From: an uncultured Ilumatobacteraceae bacterium
GTDB taxonomy: Bacteria > Actinomycetota > Acidimicrobiia > Acidimicrobiales > Ilumatobacteraceae
Direction: 5' to 3'
Assembly (NCBI GenBank): GCA_964651825.1
Contig: CAZYWK010000003.1
Coordinates: 12,143-76,142, forward strand
DNA length: 64,000 nt
Part shown: positions 48,889 to 58,959 of the stretch, piece after piece
How positions within the stretch are numbered: the first letter of the stretch is position 1
Layout: the number at the start of each line of letters is the position of its first letter
Program-made: the position numbers and the translations under genes
Notes under the pieces: model-generated
The model's input: only the letters and a program-made list of their open reading frames with translations
Database searches by the model: none
What the model was told of the DNA's origin: nothing

Positions 48889-51147
48889 CCCCGAGCGTCG
48901 CAGTTCGACGGGGATCGATTTGTAGACGGGAGTGCCGGAGGCGCCGACGCTGCCGAGGGCGACGAGCACGTTCGTCTCGGGGTAGTAGGCCGCGCAGGTG
49001 CCGACCGGCGTCGGGTACTCGACCACCCGGAAGCGGGGAGCGACCCGTTCGACGCCGTCAGGGCCCACCGATCGCAAGTCGACGAGCACGCCGTCGTCGA
49101 GGCCCCGTTCGTCGAGGTCGGCGCGGGCGACGAGTACGACGCGCCGCCCGTCGTGGATGCCGCGGTACCGGTCGTCGAGGCCGTAGATCGTGGTGTTGTA
49201 CTGGTCGTGGCTGCGCATCGTCTGCAGCAGCAGCGTGCCGGGCGGAGCCTCGGCGAACGTCAGCTCGTTGACGGTGAACTGGGCTCGACCGTCGGCGGTG
49301 GCGAACGTCCGGTCGTCACGCGGACCATGGGGGAGTGTGAAGCCGCCGGGTTCGCGGATCTTCGTGTTGAAGTCGTCGAAGCCCGGAACCACGCGGCTGA
49401 TCGAGTTGCGGATCGCGGCATGATCGCGTTGGAAGCGATCCCAGGCCACGTCGCCCCACCCGAACAAGGCGCCGGCGATCCCACACACGATCTCGACCTC
49501 GCTGCGCAGATGCGGGGACGCCTTCGGCAGCGTGCCGCGGGACGCGTGCACCACCCCCATCGAATCCTCCACGGTGACGACCTGCTCGACGCCGTCGACC
49601 TCGTGACGCTCGGTGCGTCCCATCGTCGGCAGGATCAACGCTTGCTCGCCGGTCACGACGTGCGAGGCGTTCAGCTTCGTCGAGACCTGCACCGTGAGGC
49701 GGCATCGCTCGAGCGCCGCGTGGGTCACGGTCGTGTCGGGTGTGGCCGACGCGAAGTTGCCACCCATCCCGACGAACACGCGCACCGCTCCGTCGCGCAT
49801 GGCCGCGATCGTCTCCACCGTGTCGAAGCCGTCGTCGCGCGGCGGCTCGAATCCGAACTCGTCGGCGAGCGCGTCGAGGAACTGCGGCAGCGGTCGTTCG
49901 TAGATGCCCATCGTGCGATCACCCTGCACGTTGGAGTGGCCGCGCACGGGACACACGCCGGCGCCGGGACGGCCGACGTTGCCGCGGAGCAGCAGGAAGT
50001 TGACGATCTCACGGATCGTCTCGACGGAGTTGGCGTGCTGGGTCAGCCCCATCGCCCAGCAGACGATGATCCGCGGCGAACCGAGGACTCGGGCCGCGAA
50101 CCGTTCGGCGACGTCGCGCTCGAAGCCCGTGGCACGCGTGTACGCATCCCAGTCGAACGTCTTGGCATCGGCGGCGAAGGTGTCGAAGCCCTGCGTGTAC
50201 CGCTCGATGAACGCTTCGTCGATCGCTTCGGCGACGGTCCCGCCGTCGGCGGTGGTGACGAGCAGGTGGTTCACGGCCTTGAAGAACGCGAGGTCACCGT
50301 TGGTGCGGATCGGCAGGTGATCGTCGGCGAGCGCCGTGCCGCCGCCGAGCAGCCCACCCGCGCGCTGGGGGTTCTTGAACCGCAGGAGCCCGGCCTCCGG
50401 AAGCGGGTTGATGGCGACGATCGCCGCACCCGAGCGCTTCGCCTGTTCGAGCGTCGTCAGCATCCGGGGATGGTTGGTGCCCGGGTTCTGGCCGACGACC
50501 ACGATCAGGTCGGCCTCGGCGAAGTCGGTGATGTGGACCGAGCCCTTGCCGATGCCGATCGTCTCGGTCAGCGCGGAGCCGCTCGCCTCGTGACACATGT
50601 TCGAGCAGTCGGGCAGGTTGTTCGTGCCGAACCTGCGGGCGAGCAGCTGATAGAGGAACGCGGCCTCGTTGCTCGTGCGCCCCGACGTGTAGAAGGCAGC
50701 TGCGTCCGGCGAGGGGAGCGCTCGCAGCTCGGCGGCGATCAACGCGAAGGCGTCGTCCCAGGAGATCGGCTCGTAGTGGGAACCCCCTGCGCGCTTCACC
50801 ATCGGCTCGGTGAGCCGGCCCTGGCGGCCGAGCCAGTACTCGGACTGCTCGCGCAGCTCGGCGACGGAGTGCTCGGCGAAGAACTCGCGGGTGATCCGCT
50901 CGGTCGTGGCCTCCTCGGCCACCGCCTTCACCCCGTTCTCACAGAACTCGGCGACGTGGGCGTGGCCGGGCTCGGGCCATGCACAACCCGGGCAGTCGAA
51001 CCCGTCGGGTTGGTTGATCGAGCGAAGCGTGGCGATCGTTCGACGTGTGCCCATCTGCCCGATGCCACGCTGCAGCGACACCGCCACCGCTGTGGCCCCG
51101 GCCGCCCACGACTTGGGCGGCTCGACCGTTCCGGAGAAATCCTCCAT
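48850..51147 (-). CDS. FdhF/YdeP-family molybdopterin oxidoreductase
   Basis: 765 aa from an internal ATG. N-terminus QPDGFDCPGCAWPEP and molybdopterin oxidoreductase core motifs. Confidence 0.85.
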   Translation of the reverse strand: MEDFSGTVEPPKSWAAGATAVAVSLQRGIGQMGTRRTIATLRSINQPDGFDCPGCAWPEPGHAHVAEFCENGVKAVAEEATTERITREFFAEHSVAELREQSEYWLGRQGRLTEPMVKRAGGSHYEPISWDDAFALIAAELRALPSPDAAAFYTSGRTSNEAAFLYQLLARRFGTNNLPDCSNMCHEASGSALTETIGIGKGSVHITDFAEADLIVVVGQNPGTNHPRMLTTLEQAKRSGAAIVAINPLPEAGLLRFKNPQRAGGLLGGGTALADDHLPIRTNGDLAFFKAVNHLLVTTADGGTVAEAIDEAFIERYTQGFDTFAADAKTFDWDAYTRATGFERDVAERFAARVLGSPRIIVCWAMGLTQHANSVETIREIVNFLLLRGNVGRPGAGVCPVRGHSNVQGDRTMGIYERPLPQFLDALADEFGFEPPRDDGFDTVETIAAMRDGAVRVFVGMGGNFASATPDTTVTHAALERCRLTVQVSTKLNASHVVTGEQALILPTMGRTERHEVDGVEQVVTVEDSMGVVHASRGTLPKASPHLRSEVEIVCGIAGALFGWGDVAWDRFQRDHAAIRNSISRVVPGFDDFNTKIREPGGFTLPHGPRDDRTFATADGRAQFTVNELTFAEAPPGTLLLQTMRSHDQYNTTIYGLDDRYRGIHDGRRVVLVARADLDERGLDDGVLVDLRSVGPDGVERVAPRFRVVEYPTPVGTCAAYYPETNVLVALGSVGASGTPVYKSIPVELRRSGSGTGRFGETPGA

Positions 51148-51211
51148 GCACGGCGAGTGTACGAGCCCGAGGGCTCGCCGACCGGGTGCGACATGGGTCA
51201 AACTGTCGTCC

Positions 51212-51712
51212 ATGACCTCCATCGACAACGCCACGCTGACGACGCCAATCAACACCCTGCACGGCGAGCCGACCAGCCTGGCCGACTTCGGCGGCAAGGC
51301 GATCCTCGCGGTCAACGTGGCCTCGAAGTGCGGGCTGACCCCGCAGTACACGGGCCTCGAAGCACTCCAGACGCAGTACGGCGATCGGGGCTTCACCGTG
51401 ATCGGCTTCCCCTGCAACCAGTTCGGCGGCCAGGAGCCGGGCTCGGCCGAGGAGATCGAGACGTTCTGCTCGACCACCTACGGGGTGACGTTCCCGATGA
51501 CGGAAAAGATCGACGTCAACGGCGACTCACAGCACCCGATCTACGCTGCCCTGACCGAGGTCGCCGACGGCGAAGGGCACACCGGAGACATCCGTTGGAA
51601 CTTCGAGAAGTTCCTGATCGCCCCTGACGGTGAGATCACCCGGTTCTCCCCGATGGTCACCCCCGAAGACCCCGCCCTCGTCGAAGCCATCGAGGCCAGC
51701 TTGCCGTCCTGA
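51212..51712 (+). CDS. gpx: glutathione peroxidase (Cys type)
   Basis: 166 aa. NVASKCGLTPQY, FPCNQFGGQEP and WNFEKFL. Confidence 0.9.
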   Translation: MTSIDNATLTTPINTLHGEPTSLADFGGKAILAVNVASKCGLTPQYTGLEALQTQYGDRGFTVIGFPCNQFGGQEPGSAEEIETFCSTTYGVTFPMTEKIDVNGDSQHPIYAALTEVADGEGHTGDIRWNFEKFLIAPDGEITRFSPMVTPEDPALVEAIEASLPS

Positions 51713-51769
51713 TTGGTTCGGCCTCACGTCAGGTGTTGTCGCAACGATCGGGGACGGCCGAGCCGAGTG

Positions 51770-52201
51770 TTACGGCCAGGGGGCGTCGCCGCGGGCGATG
51801 TCGGCGATGTGGGCCAGGGTGTAGCCATCGAGGGCGCGGCGCATCTCGGCGCCCGCTTGATCCCAGATGGCGAGCAGCACGCACTGGCCCTCGTGGTCGC
51901 ACGCGCCGTCCTGATGGGGCTGGCCGAAGTCGCCGAGTGTGATCGGACCGTCGACGGCCGAGACGATCTCCGACAGCAGGATCTCCCGAGGCGGGCGCGA
52001 GAGCACGTACCCGCCGCCGACGCCGCGCTTGGACCGCACGAGCCCGGCGCCCTTGAGGGCGAGGAGGATCTGTTCGAGATACGGCTGTGGCAAGCCCGTA
52101 CGGTCGGCGATGTCGCGCACCGAGGTCGGCCCGGTGTCGGCGTGTAGCGCGAGTGACAACAACGCGCGGGAGGCGTAATCGCCACGGGTCGAGATGCGCA
52201 C
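51770..52201 (-). CDS. Rrf2-family transcriptional regulator
   Basis: 143 aa. MRISTRGDYASRALLSLA N-terminal winged helix. Confidence 0.85.
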   Translation of the reverse strand: MRISTRGDYASRALLSLALHADTGPTSVRDIADRTGLPQPYLEQILLALKGAGLVRSKRGVGGGYVLSRPPREILLSEIVSAVDGPITLGDFGQPHQDGACDHEGQCVLLAIWDQAGAEMRRALDGYTLAHIADIARGDAPWP

Positions 52202-52247
52202 GGCGTCACCTTATTGAGTCCGGCGACGCGTCCCGCATCGAACGGCC

Positions 52248-53411
52248 GTGCTTGTGGATGTCGACCGTGACGTGGTGGACTGGCCCGCAGTGACTACAAC
52301 GAACGGCGGCGGGCCGATCATCCCGGACTACTCGGGGCCCAATGTGCGTGGTCTCATTCCTGCGCTGCTGGGGCCGGCGCCATGGTCCACCGGGCTGCCC
52401 GACTGGTTCCCGCCGGTGGTGCGCGAGGCCGAACGCGCGGTCCTGCTCGTGCTCGATGGGCTCGGCTGGGACCAGTTCGAGGCCAACCGCCACCTGCTCC
52501 CGACGCTCTCGTCGATGACCGGTCGGTCGATCCACACGGTGGCACCGACCACCACGGCGACTGCGCTCACGTCGATCACCACCGGGCTGACGCCGGCCGA
52601 GCACGGCCTGATCGGCTATCGGATGGTGCTCGGCGGCGACATCGTGAACGTGCTTCGTTGGGCCGTCGGCAACCAGTTGGTGCGCCGGTCGCACCCGCCC
52701 CGCGACGCACAGCCGTACGAGCCGTTCCTCGGCCACGCGGTGCCGGTCGTCAGCCCGGCCGAACTGCAGTCGTCGGCGTTCTCCGAGGCCCACCTCCGCG
52801 GTTGCTCGCCGCACGGATGGCGGGCGGCGAGCTCGATCTCCGTGGAAGCAGCGGCGCTGCTCGACGCGGGGGAGCGGTTCGTGTACTGCTACTACGGCGG
52901 CGTCGACAAGATCGCCCACGAGCGCGGGTTCGGGCCGTACTACGACGCCGAGTTGCGCGTCGCCGACCGGCTCGTCGGTGACCTGATCGAGGCGGTCGGG
53001 CCAGGAACGGCCGTACTGATCACCGCCGATCACGGCCAGGTGCACGTCGCCGATCGGGTGGTCGTGCCGTCGGCGGCCATGCTCGCCGGGGTGAGCTTGC
53101 AGTCGGGCGAGGGCCGGTTCCGCTGGCTGCACACCCAACCCGGCGCGCTCGACGCGGTCGTCGAGGCCGCCACCGAGGAGGTGGGCGCGGTCGCCTGGGT
53201 CGTGACCCGTGATCAGATGCTCGACGAGCACTGGTTCGGGCCGACGATGGCGCCGGTGGTCCGGGCCCGCATCGGTGATGTGGCCCTCGTCGCCCGCGAG
53301 CCGGTCAGCTTCCACGACCCCGCCGATTCGGGCCCGTTCGAGCTGATCTGCCGACACGGATCGCTCACTTCGGCCGAGGTGAACGTGCCGCTGCTGGCCG
53401 TGTTGCGCTGA
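52248..53411 (+). CDS. alkaline-phosphatase-superfamily (phosphodiesterase/pyrophosphatase-like) protein
   Basis: 387 aa. LVLDGLGWDQ, PTTTATALTS and ADHGQV metal-site-like motifs. Confidence 0.6.
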   Translation: MLVDVDRDVVDWPAVTTTNGGGPIIPDYSGPNVRGLIPALLGPAPWSTGLPDWFPPVVREAERAVLLVLDGLGWDQFEANRHLLPTLSSMTGRSIHTVAPTTTATALTSITTGLTPAEHGLIGYRMVLGGDIVNVLRWAVGNQLVRRSHPPRDAQPYEPFLGHAVPVVSPAELQSSAFSEAHLRGCSPHGWRAASSISVEAAALLDAGERFVYCYYGGVDKIAHERGFGPYYDAELRVADRLVGDLIEAVGPGTAVLITADHGQVHVADRVVVPSAAMLAGVSLQSGEGRFRWLHTQPGALDAVVEAATEEVGAVAWVVTRDQMLDEHWFGPTMAPVVRARIGDVALVAREPVSFHDPADSGPFELICRHGSLTSAEVNVPLLAVLR

Positions 53412-53431
53412 GACCGGCTAGAACGTCTGGC

Positions 53432-53989
53432 ATGTCCGACGACGCACCGACCGACCGACCACTGCAGCCCGACGAGGTGACGATGGCTGCCGAGGTCGAA
53501 CCGATCGCTCCGGCGTCCGATCTCCCGGCCGCCGATCGAGCCGACGGTGCGAGCCAGGAGAACGGGGAAGCTCGCGAGTCGGTGACCGAGCCGGCCAAGG
53601 TGATGCGCATCGGGGCAATGGTCAAGCAGCTGCTCGACGAGGTCCACGCGGCGCCGCTCGACGAGCCGTCGCGCGAGCGCCTCGCCGAGATCTACGAGCG
53701 GTCCGTGACCGAACTGTCGATGGCACTGTCGCCCGACCTGCAAGAGGAGCTGCACATGCTGACCCTGCCGTTCGAGCAGGACGGCGTGCCGACCGAAGGC
53801 GAGCTGCGCATCGCCAAGGCGCAGCTCGTCGGCTGGCTCGAGGGTCTGTTCCACGGCATCCAGGCGACCTTGATGGCTCAACAGTTCGCCGCGCGCCAGC
53901 AGCTCGAGCAGATGCGCGAGCTCCCCAAGGGCCCCGGTGGCCAACCGATGATGCCCCCCGGAGTCGAGCGCCCAGGCACCTATCTCTGA
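53432..53989 (+). CDS. bpa: bacterial proteasome activator (Bpa/PafE-like, DUF2587)
   Basis: 185 aa. Helical core and a C-terminus ending GTYL with a penultimate Tyr (Bpa/Mpa end in GQYL). Confidence 0.65.
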   Translation: MSDDAPTDRPLQPDEVTMAAEVEPIAPASDLPAADRADGASQENGEARESVTEPAKVMRIGAMVKQLLDEVHAAPLDEPSRERLAEIYERSVTELSMALSPDLQEELHMLTLPFEQDGVPTEGELRIAKAQLVGWLEGLFHGIQATLMAQQFAARQQLEQMRELPKGPGGQPMMPPGVERPGTYL

Positions 53990-53991
53990 AT

Positions 53992-54024
53992 CCGTTCGTT
54001 TGGGGACGGGGCCAGAACGAACGG
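53992..54024 (+). terminator. 9-bp stem hairpin after the bpa-like gene
   Basis: CCGTTCGTT (53992-54000) pairs with AACGAACGG (54016-54024). Confidence 0.3.
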
Positions 54025-54091
54025 GGCTCGGGTCGGCTACATTCGAACGACATCGATGTAATCCCGCCGACCTGATCGACATCCCAACGCC

Positions 54092-57000
54092 GTGCCCGAT
54101 TCGTTCACCCACCTCCACGTCCACACCGAGTTCTCGATGCTCGACGGAGCAGCGCGGCTCGACGAGCTCGTGGCCAAGGCGGTCAGCGACGGCCAGCCGG
54201 CGATCGGCATCACCGATCACGGGAACATGTACGGCACGCTCGACTTCTACCGGGAGTGCAACAAGCAGGGCATCAAGCCGATCATCGGCACCGAGGCCTA
54301 CATGGCCCACGACCACCGCAGCGAGCGGCCCGCCCGCCGCGGTCGCATCGACGACTCGGGTGGCGACACCGACGGCGGCACGAAGCTCTACTACCACCTG
54401 ACCCTGCTCGCCGAGAACCAGACCGGCTACAAGAACCTGATCCAGCTCTCCAGCCTCGCGTTCATGGAGGGCTACTACTACAAGCCGCGCATGGACTGGG
54501 AGCTGCTCGAGAAGTACTCCGACGGCCTGATCGCCACCACCGGCTGTCTCGGCGGCCACGTGTTGCAGGCGCTGCTGAAGGGCGACGAGAGGGGCGCGTT
54601 GGCCAAGGCATCCCGGCTGCAGGACATCTTCGGGCGCGACAACCTGTTCGTCGAGCTGCAGGACCACGGCCTCCAGGCTCAGCGCGACACCAACCCGAAG
54701 CTGATCGAGATCGCGAAGCAGATCGGCGCCCCGCTGCTCGCCACCAACGACAGCCACTACACGCACCAGCACGACCACGAGTCGCACGACGCGTTGCTCT
54801 GCGTGCAGACGGGGGCGCTGCTGTCCGATCCGAAGCGGTTCAAGTTCGAGGGCACCGAGCACTACCTGAAGTCTGCGGCCGAGATGCGGTACCTCTTTCG
54901 TGAGCTTCCCTCAGCGTGCGACAACTCGCTGTGGATCGCCGAGCGCGCCGAGCTGGAGATCGAGTTCGGCAAGCCGCTGCTGCCGAACTTCCCGCTGCCG
55001 GAAGGATTCGCCGACGACGCCGCCTATCTGACCCACCTCACCTGGACCGGCGCCAAGCAGCGCTGGGGCGACGACCTGCCCGCCGACGTGGCCGAACGGC
55101 TCGGCTACGAGCTGAAGGTCATCTGCGACATGGGGTTCGCCTCGTACTTCCTGATCACGTGGGATCTCATCAAGTACGCCAAGGACCGTGGCATCCGGGT
55201 CGGGCCCGGCCGCGGTTCGGCCGCCGGCTGCGCCGTTGCCTACGCGTTGCGGATCACCGACCTCGACCCGGTCCGCTACGACCTGCTGTTCGAGCGCTTC
55301 TTGAACCCGAGCCGCGTGTCGATGCCCGACATCGACATGGACTTCGACTCGCGATACCGCGACGAGATGATCCGCTACGCGGCCGAACGCTACGGGCGCG
55401 ACCACGTGGCCCAGATCATCACGTTCGGCACGATCAAGGCCCGCAACGCGGTGCGCGACGCGGCCCGCGTGCTCGGCTACCCGTACGGCATCGGCGACAA
55501 GCTGGCCAAGGCAATGCCGCCGATGGTGATGGGTCGCGACACGCCGCTCAAGTACTGCTTCGAGGAGAGCCCCAAGTACGCCGACGGCTACAAGGCGGCC
55601 GCCGATCTGCGGGCGATGTACGAGACCGACGCCGACCTGAAGCGGATCATCGACGTCGCCCGCGGGCTCGAGGGGATGAAGCGCTCCGACGGCATCCATG
55701 CGGCCGCGGTGGTGATCACCAAGGATCCCGTCACCGACTACGTCCCGATCCAGCGCAAGCCCGAGTCGGGCCAGGATCCGGCCGACGCGCCGGTCGTCAC
55801 CCAGTACGAGATGCACGGGGTGGAGGACCTCGGGCTGCTGAAGATGGACTTCCTCGGGCTGCGCAACCTCGACGTGATCACCGACGCGGTGGCCATGATC
55901 CGGGCCCAGCGCGACCCGGGCTTCCTCATCGAGGACATCTCGCTGGAGGATCAGGCGACCTTCGACCTGCTGTCACGTGGCGACACGATCGGCGTGTTCC
56001 AGCTGGAGTCGCCGCCGATGCGCCAGCTCCTCAAGGCGCTCGCGCCGAACTCGTTCGAAGACGTGTCCGCTGTGCTCGCGCTCTACCGGCCGGGCCCGAT
56101 GAGCGTCAACATGCACTACGACTACGCCGACCGCAAGAACGACCGCAAGCCCGTCGAGTACTTCCACCCCGACGCCGAGGAGGTGCTCGGCGACACGTAC
56201 GGCCTGATGATCTATCAGGAGAGCGTGATGCGGGTGGCCCAGAAGTTCGCCGGCTACTCCCTCGCCGAAGCCGACAACCTCAGGAAGGCCTGTTTGCCGG
56301 CCGGCAGCCGAATCCTCACCACGGCGCGCGGCTACGTGCCGATCGAGCGCGTCATGGGACTGTCGGATCGCCGGGTCCAGACGATCGACACGACCTCGGC
56401 CAACACCGTGCACGACAGCGTCGAGGATGTGTGGTCGGTCGGGGTGAAGCCCGTCTACCGGCTCACCACATCGACCGGCTACGAGATCGAGGCCACCGCC
56501 GAGCATCCGTTCCTCGTCGAGGACGAATGGGTCGAGCTCGGCCAGATCCGGCCCGGGGATCTCATCGGCGTCGCGGCTCGCACGTCGACGAATGGTGGCG
56601 CCCGGTGTTCGAACGCCGAGATCGACCTTGCTGCGCTGCTGATCTCTGAGGGGTACACGCCCGATCCGACAGGCCCCTACGGCGACGGCGCGCATTTCTG
56701 CAACACCGATCCCGAGCTGCTCGACGCGTTCCGGAGCGCCTACGAGCGGCACTTCGGGCGTCCGCACATCCGCTCGGCAGCGAGCGGCTCGACAGTTCAG
56801 TTGCGCCTCACGCGTGAGGAACTGGCCGCGCTCGCGCCGCTACTCGGCAGGTGCGGGAAGGCGGGCGACAAGACGATCAACGATCGGCTCGTCAACGCTC
56901 CCCGGGACAAGGTCGAGCGATTCGTCGGCCTGTACTTCTGCGCCAACGGCTGGTCCGATGCGTCGGGCGCCCACTTCGGCTCGAAAAGCCGTCAGGTGTG

Positions 57001-58912
57001 CCTGGCGTTGAAACGGATGCTGCTCCGATTCGGCATCGTGTCGAACCTCCACCATCGCGACATCCTCGGCCATGGCCGCCACTACACGCTCTCGGTCGCC
57101 GACAAGAGCCAGGCCAAGACGTTCGCCCGCACCGTGGAGCCGCATCTCACGACCATGAAGTACGCGAAGGTCGAACGGTCGTTCTGCGCGTGGGACATCG
57201 CCGGGGCGAGCGCCACCAACATCGGTATCCCGTCGTCGTTCATCCGCACCGAACTCGATCGACGTGTTCGAGTCACCGGTCGGCCGAAGCGATCGCTCGG
57301 CGTCGACGGCGGCGGACTCCTCCGCACGAGGGTCGTGCATCGAGACACGTTGAACGGCCTGCTCTGTTCCGAGCGGCTCGAGGACCTCCGTGTCGGTGAC
57401 CTGGTGTGGGACACCGTCGTGTCGATCGAACATTCGCGTGACGTCGAATGCTTCGACTTCCGGATGGCCGATCAGCAACGGCCGTACGCCGTGGTCGAGG
57501 ACTTCCTCGTCCACAACTGCGGGAAGAAGATTCGCGAGATGATGGCCAAGGAGCGCTCGGCGTTCGAGGCCGGTGTGGTGAAGGAGGGCTACGGCGACCT
57601 GCTCGGCCGTCAACTCTTCGACATCATCGAGAAGTTCGCCGACTACGCGTTCAACAAGAGCCACACGTTCGGCTACGGCCTGGTCACCTATCAGACGGCC
57701 TACCTCAAGGCGCACTATCCGGTCGAATATCTTGCCTGCCTGCTCACGAGCGTCAAGAGCAACCTCGACAAGGCGGCGACGTACCTGTCCGATTGCCGAT
57801 CGATGGGCATCAAGGTGCTGCCCCCCGACGTCAACCGTTCGGTCACCAACTTCGCCGCGCTGTCGGCCGACCAAGCGCCCGACGACATCTCCCTGCCCCT
57901 CGGCAGCCCCGGCGCGATCACGTTCGGGCTCTCCGCGGTGCGCAACGTCGGCGAGGGCCTCGTCGAACTGCTCGTGGCCGAACGCGACGACAACGGCGTG
58001 TTCTCGAGCTTCCACGACTTCGTCGAGCGGGTGCCGGAACCGGTCTTGAACAAGCGAACGGTGGAGTCGCTGATCAAGGGCGGCGCGTTCGACTCACTCG
58101 GCCATCCGCGCCGGGGCCTGCTCACCGTGTTCGAGCACATCATCGACTCCACCGTCAGCCGCCGTCGCGAGCGCGAGAAGGGCGTGATGAGCCTGTTCGG
58201 CGACTGGGGCGACGACAACGGCGACGATCCGGCCGCCGCCGGTGACTCGAACGGCTTCTCCGAGCGCACAGCGATCCCCGGCCTGGTGTTCGACAAGGGC
58301 GACCAACTGCGCTACGAGAAGGAGATGCTCGGCCTGTACGTGTCCGACCATCCCCTCTTCGGTGTCGAGGCGTCACTCAAGCGCAAGACCGAGCACGCGC
58401 TGATCGACCTGCCGACCATGGACGACGGCGCGCAGGTGCTGGTCGGCGGCGTGATCACCAACCTCGCCCGCAAGTTCACCAAGCGCGGCGACCAGATGGC
58501 GGTGTTCGTGCTGGAGGATCTCGACGCGTCGATCGAGGTGACGATCTTCCCGCGGACGCTCGCCGAGCAGGGCCACAAGCTCGAAGACGACCTGATCGTC
58601 ACGGTCAAGGGCCGCCTCGATCGGCGTGACGAGTCCCGATTCGGCCTGATCGGCCAGACGATCACGGTGCTCACCGGACTCACCGATGGGCCCGCGCCGC
58701 CGTTGCGGTTGCGCCTGCCGTCGACGTCGCTCGACGAGTTGCGCATCCAGCGACTCAAGCGCATCCTGCGCGAGCACCCCGGCGACTCGCTGGTCATGGT
58801 CGACATCGGTCAGGGCAAGATCCTCAAGCTTTCCGACGAGTTCCGGGTCGATCTCGACCGCTCCGTGGGCGAGCTGCGCATGGCGTTCGGCCATGAAGCC
58901 GTCATGTTGTAG
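54092..58912 (+). CDS. dnaE: DNA polymerase III alpha subunit DnaE1, interrupted by an intein
   Basis: 1606-aa ORF. PHP domain HLHVHTEFS and polymerase core motifs. The exteins sum to 1197 aa. Confidence 0.97.
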   Translation: MPDSFTHLHVHTEFSMLDGAARLDELVAKAVSDGQPAIGITDHGNMYGTLDFYRECNKQGIKPIIGTEAYMAHDHRSERPARRGRIDDSGGDTDGGTKLYYHLTLLAENQTGYKNLIQLSSLAFMEGYYYKPRMDWELLEKYSDGLIATTGCLGGHVLQALLKGDERGALAKASRLQDIFGRDNLFVELQDHGLQAQRDTNPKLIEIAKQIGAPLLATNDSHYTHQHDHESHDALLCVQTGALLSDPKRFKFEGTEHYLKSAAEMRYLFRELPSACDNSLWIAERAELEIEFGKPLLPNFPLPEGFADDAAYLTHLTWTGAKQRWGDDLPADVAERLGYELKVICDMGFASYFLITWDLIKYAKDRGIRVGPGRGSAAGCAVAYALRITDLDPVRYDLLFERFLNPSRVSMPDIDMDFDSRYRDEMIRYAAERYGRDHVAQIITFGTIKARNAVRDAARVLGYPYGIGDKLAKAMPPMVMGRDTPLKYCFEESPKYADGYKAAADLRAMYETDADLKRIIDVARGLEGMKRSDGIHAAAVVITKDPVTDYVPIQRKPESGQDPADAPVVTQYEMHGVEDLGLLKMDFLGLRNLDVITDAVAMIRAQRDPGFLIEDISLEDQATFDLLSRGDTIGVFQLESPPMRQLLKALAPNSFEDVSAVLALYRPGPMSVNMHYDYADRKNDRKPVEYFHPDAEEVLGDTYGLMIYQESVMRVAQKFAGYSLAEADNLRKACLPAGSRILTTARGYVPIERVMGLSDRRVQTIDTTSANTVHDSVEDVWSVGVKPVYRLTTSTGYEIEATAEHPFLVEDEWVELGQIRPGDLIGVAARTSTNGGARCSNAEIDLAALLISEGYTPDPTGPYGDGAHFCNTDPELLDAFRSAYERHFGRPHIRSAASGSTVQLRLTREELAALAPLLGRCGKAGDKTINDRLVNAPRDKVERFVGLYFCANGWSDASGAHFGSKSRQVCLALKRMLLRFGIVSNLHHRDILGHGRHYTLSVADKSQAKTFARTVEPHLTTMKYAKVERSFCAWDIAGASATNIGIPSSFIRTELDRRVRVTGRPKRSLGVDGGGLLRTRVVHRDTLNGLLCSERLEDLRVGDLVWDTVVSIEHSRDVECFDFRMADQQRPYAVVEDFLVHNCGKKIREMMAKERSAFEAGVVKEGYGDLLGRQLFDIIEKFADYAFNKSHTFGYGLVTYQTAYLKAHYPVEYLACLLTSVKSNLDKAATYLSDCRSMGIKVLPPDVNRSVTNFAALSADQAPDDISLPLGSPGAITFGLSAVRNVGEGLVELLVAERDDNGVFSSFHDFVERVPEPVLNKRTVESLIKGGAFDSLGHPRRGLLTVFEHIIDSTVSRRREREKGVMSLFGDWGDDNGDDPAAAGDSNGFSERTAIPGLVFDKGDQLRYEKEMLGLYVSDHPLFGVEASLKRKTEHALIDLPTMDDGAQVLVGGVITNLARKFTKRGDQMAVFVLEDLDASIEVTIFPRTLAEQGHKLEDDLIVTVKGRLDRRDESRFGLIGQTITVLTGLTDGPAPPLRLRLPSTSLDELRIQRLKRILREHPGDSLVMVDIGQGKILKLSDEFRVDLDRSVGELRMAFGHEAVML
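56291..57517 (+). mobile_element. 409-aa class 1 intein with a LAGLIDADG-type endonuclease domain
   Basis: N-terminus CLPAGSRIL, block B TAEH, C-terminus FLVHN followed by a +1 Cys. It splits the conserved DnaE sequence LRKA | CGKKIREMMAKE. Confidence 0.9.
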
Positions 58913-58959
58913 CGCACGCGGTTGAAACGATCCCCGACTTCGGTGGCAGAATAGGGGGA

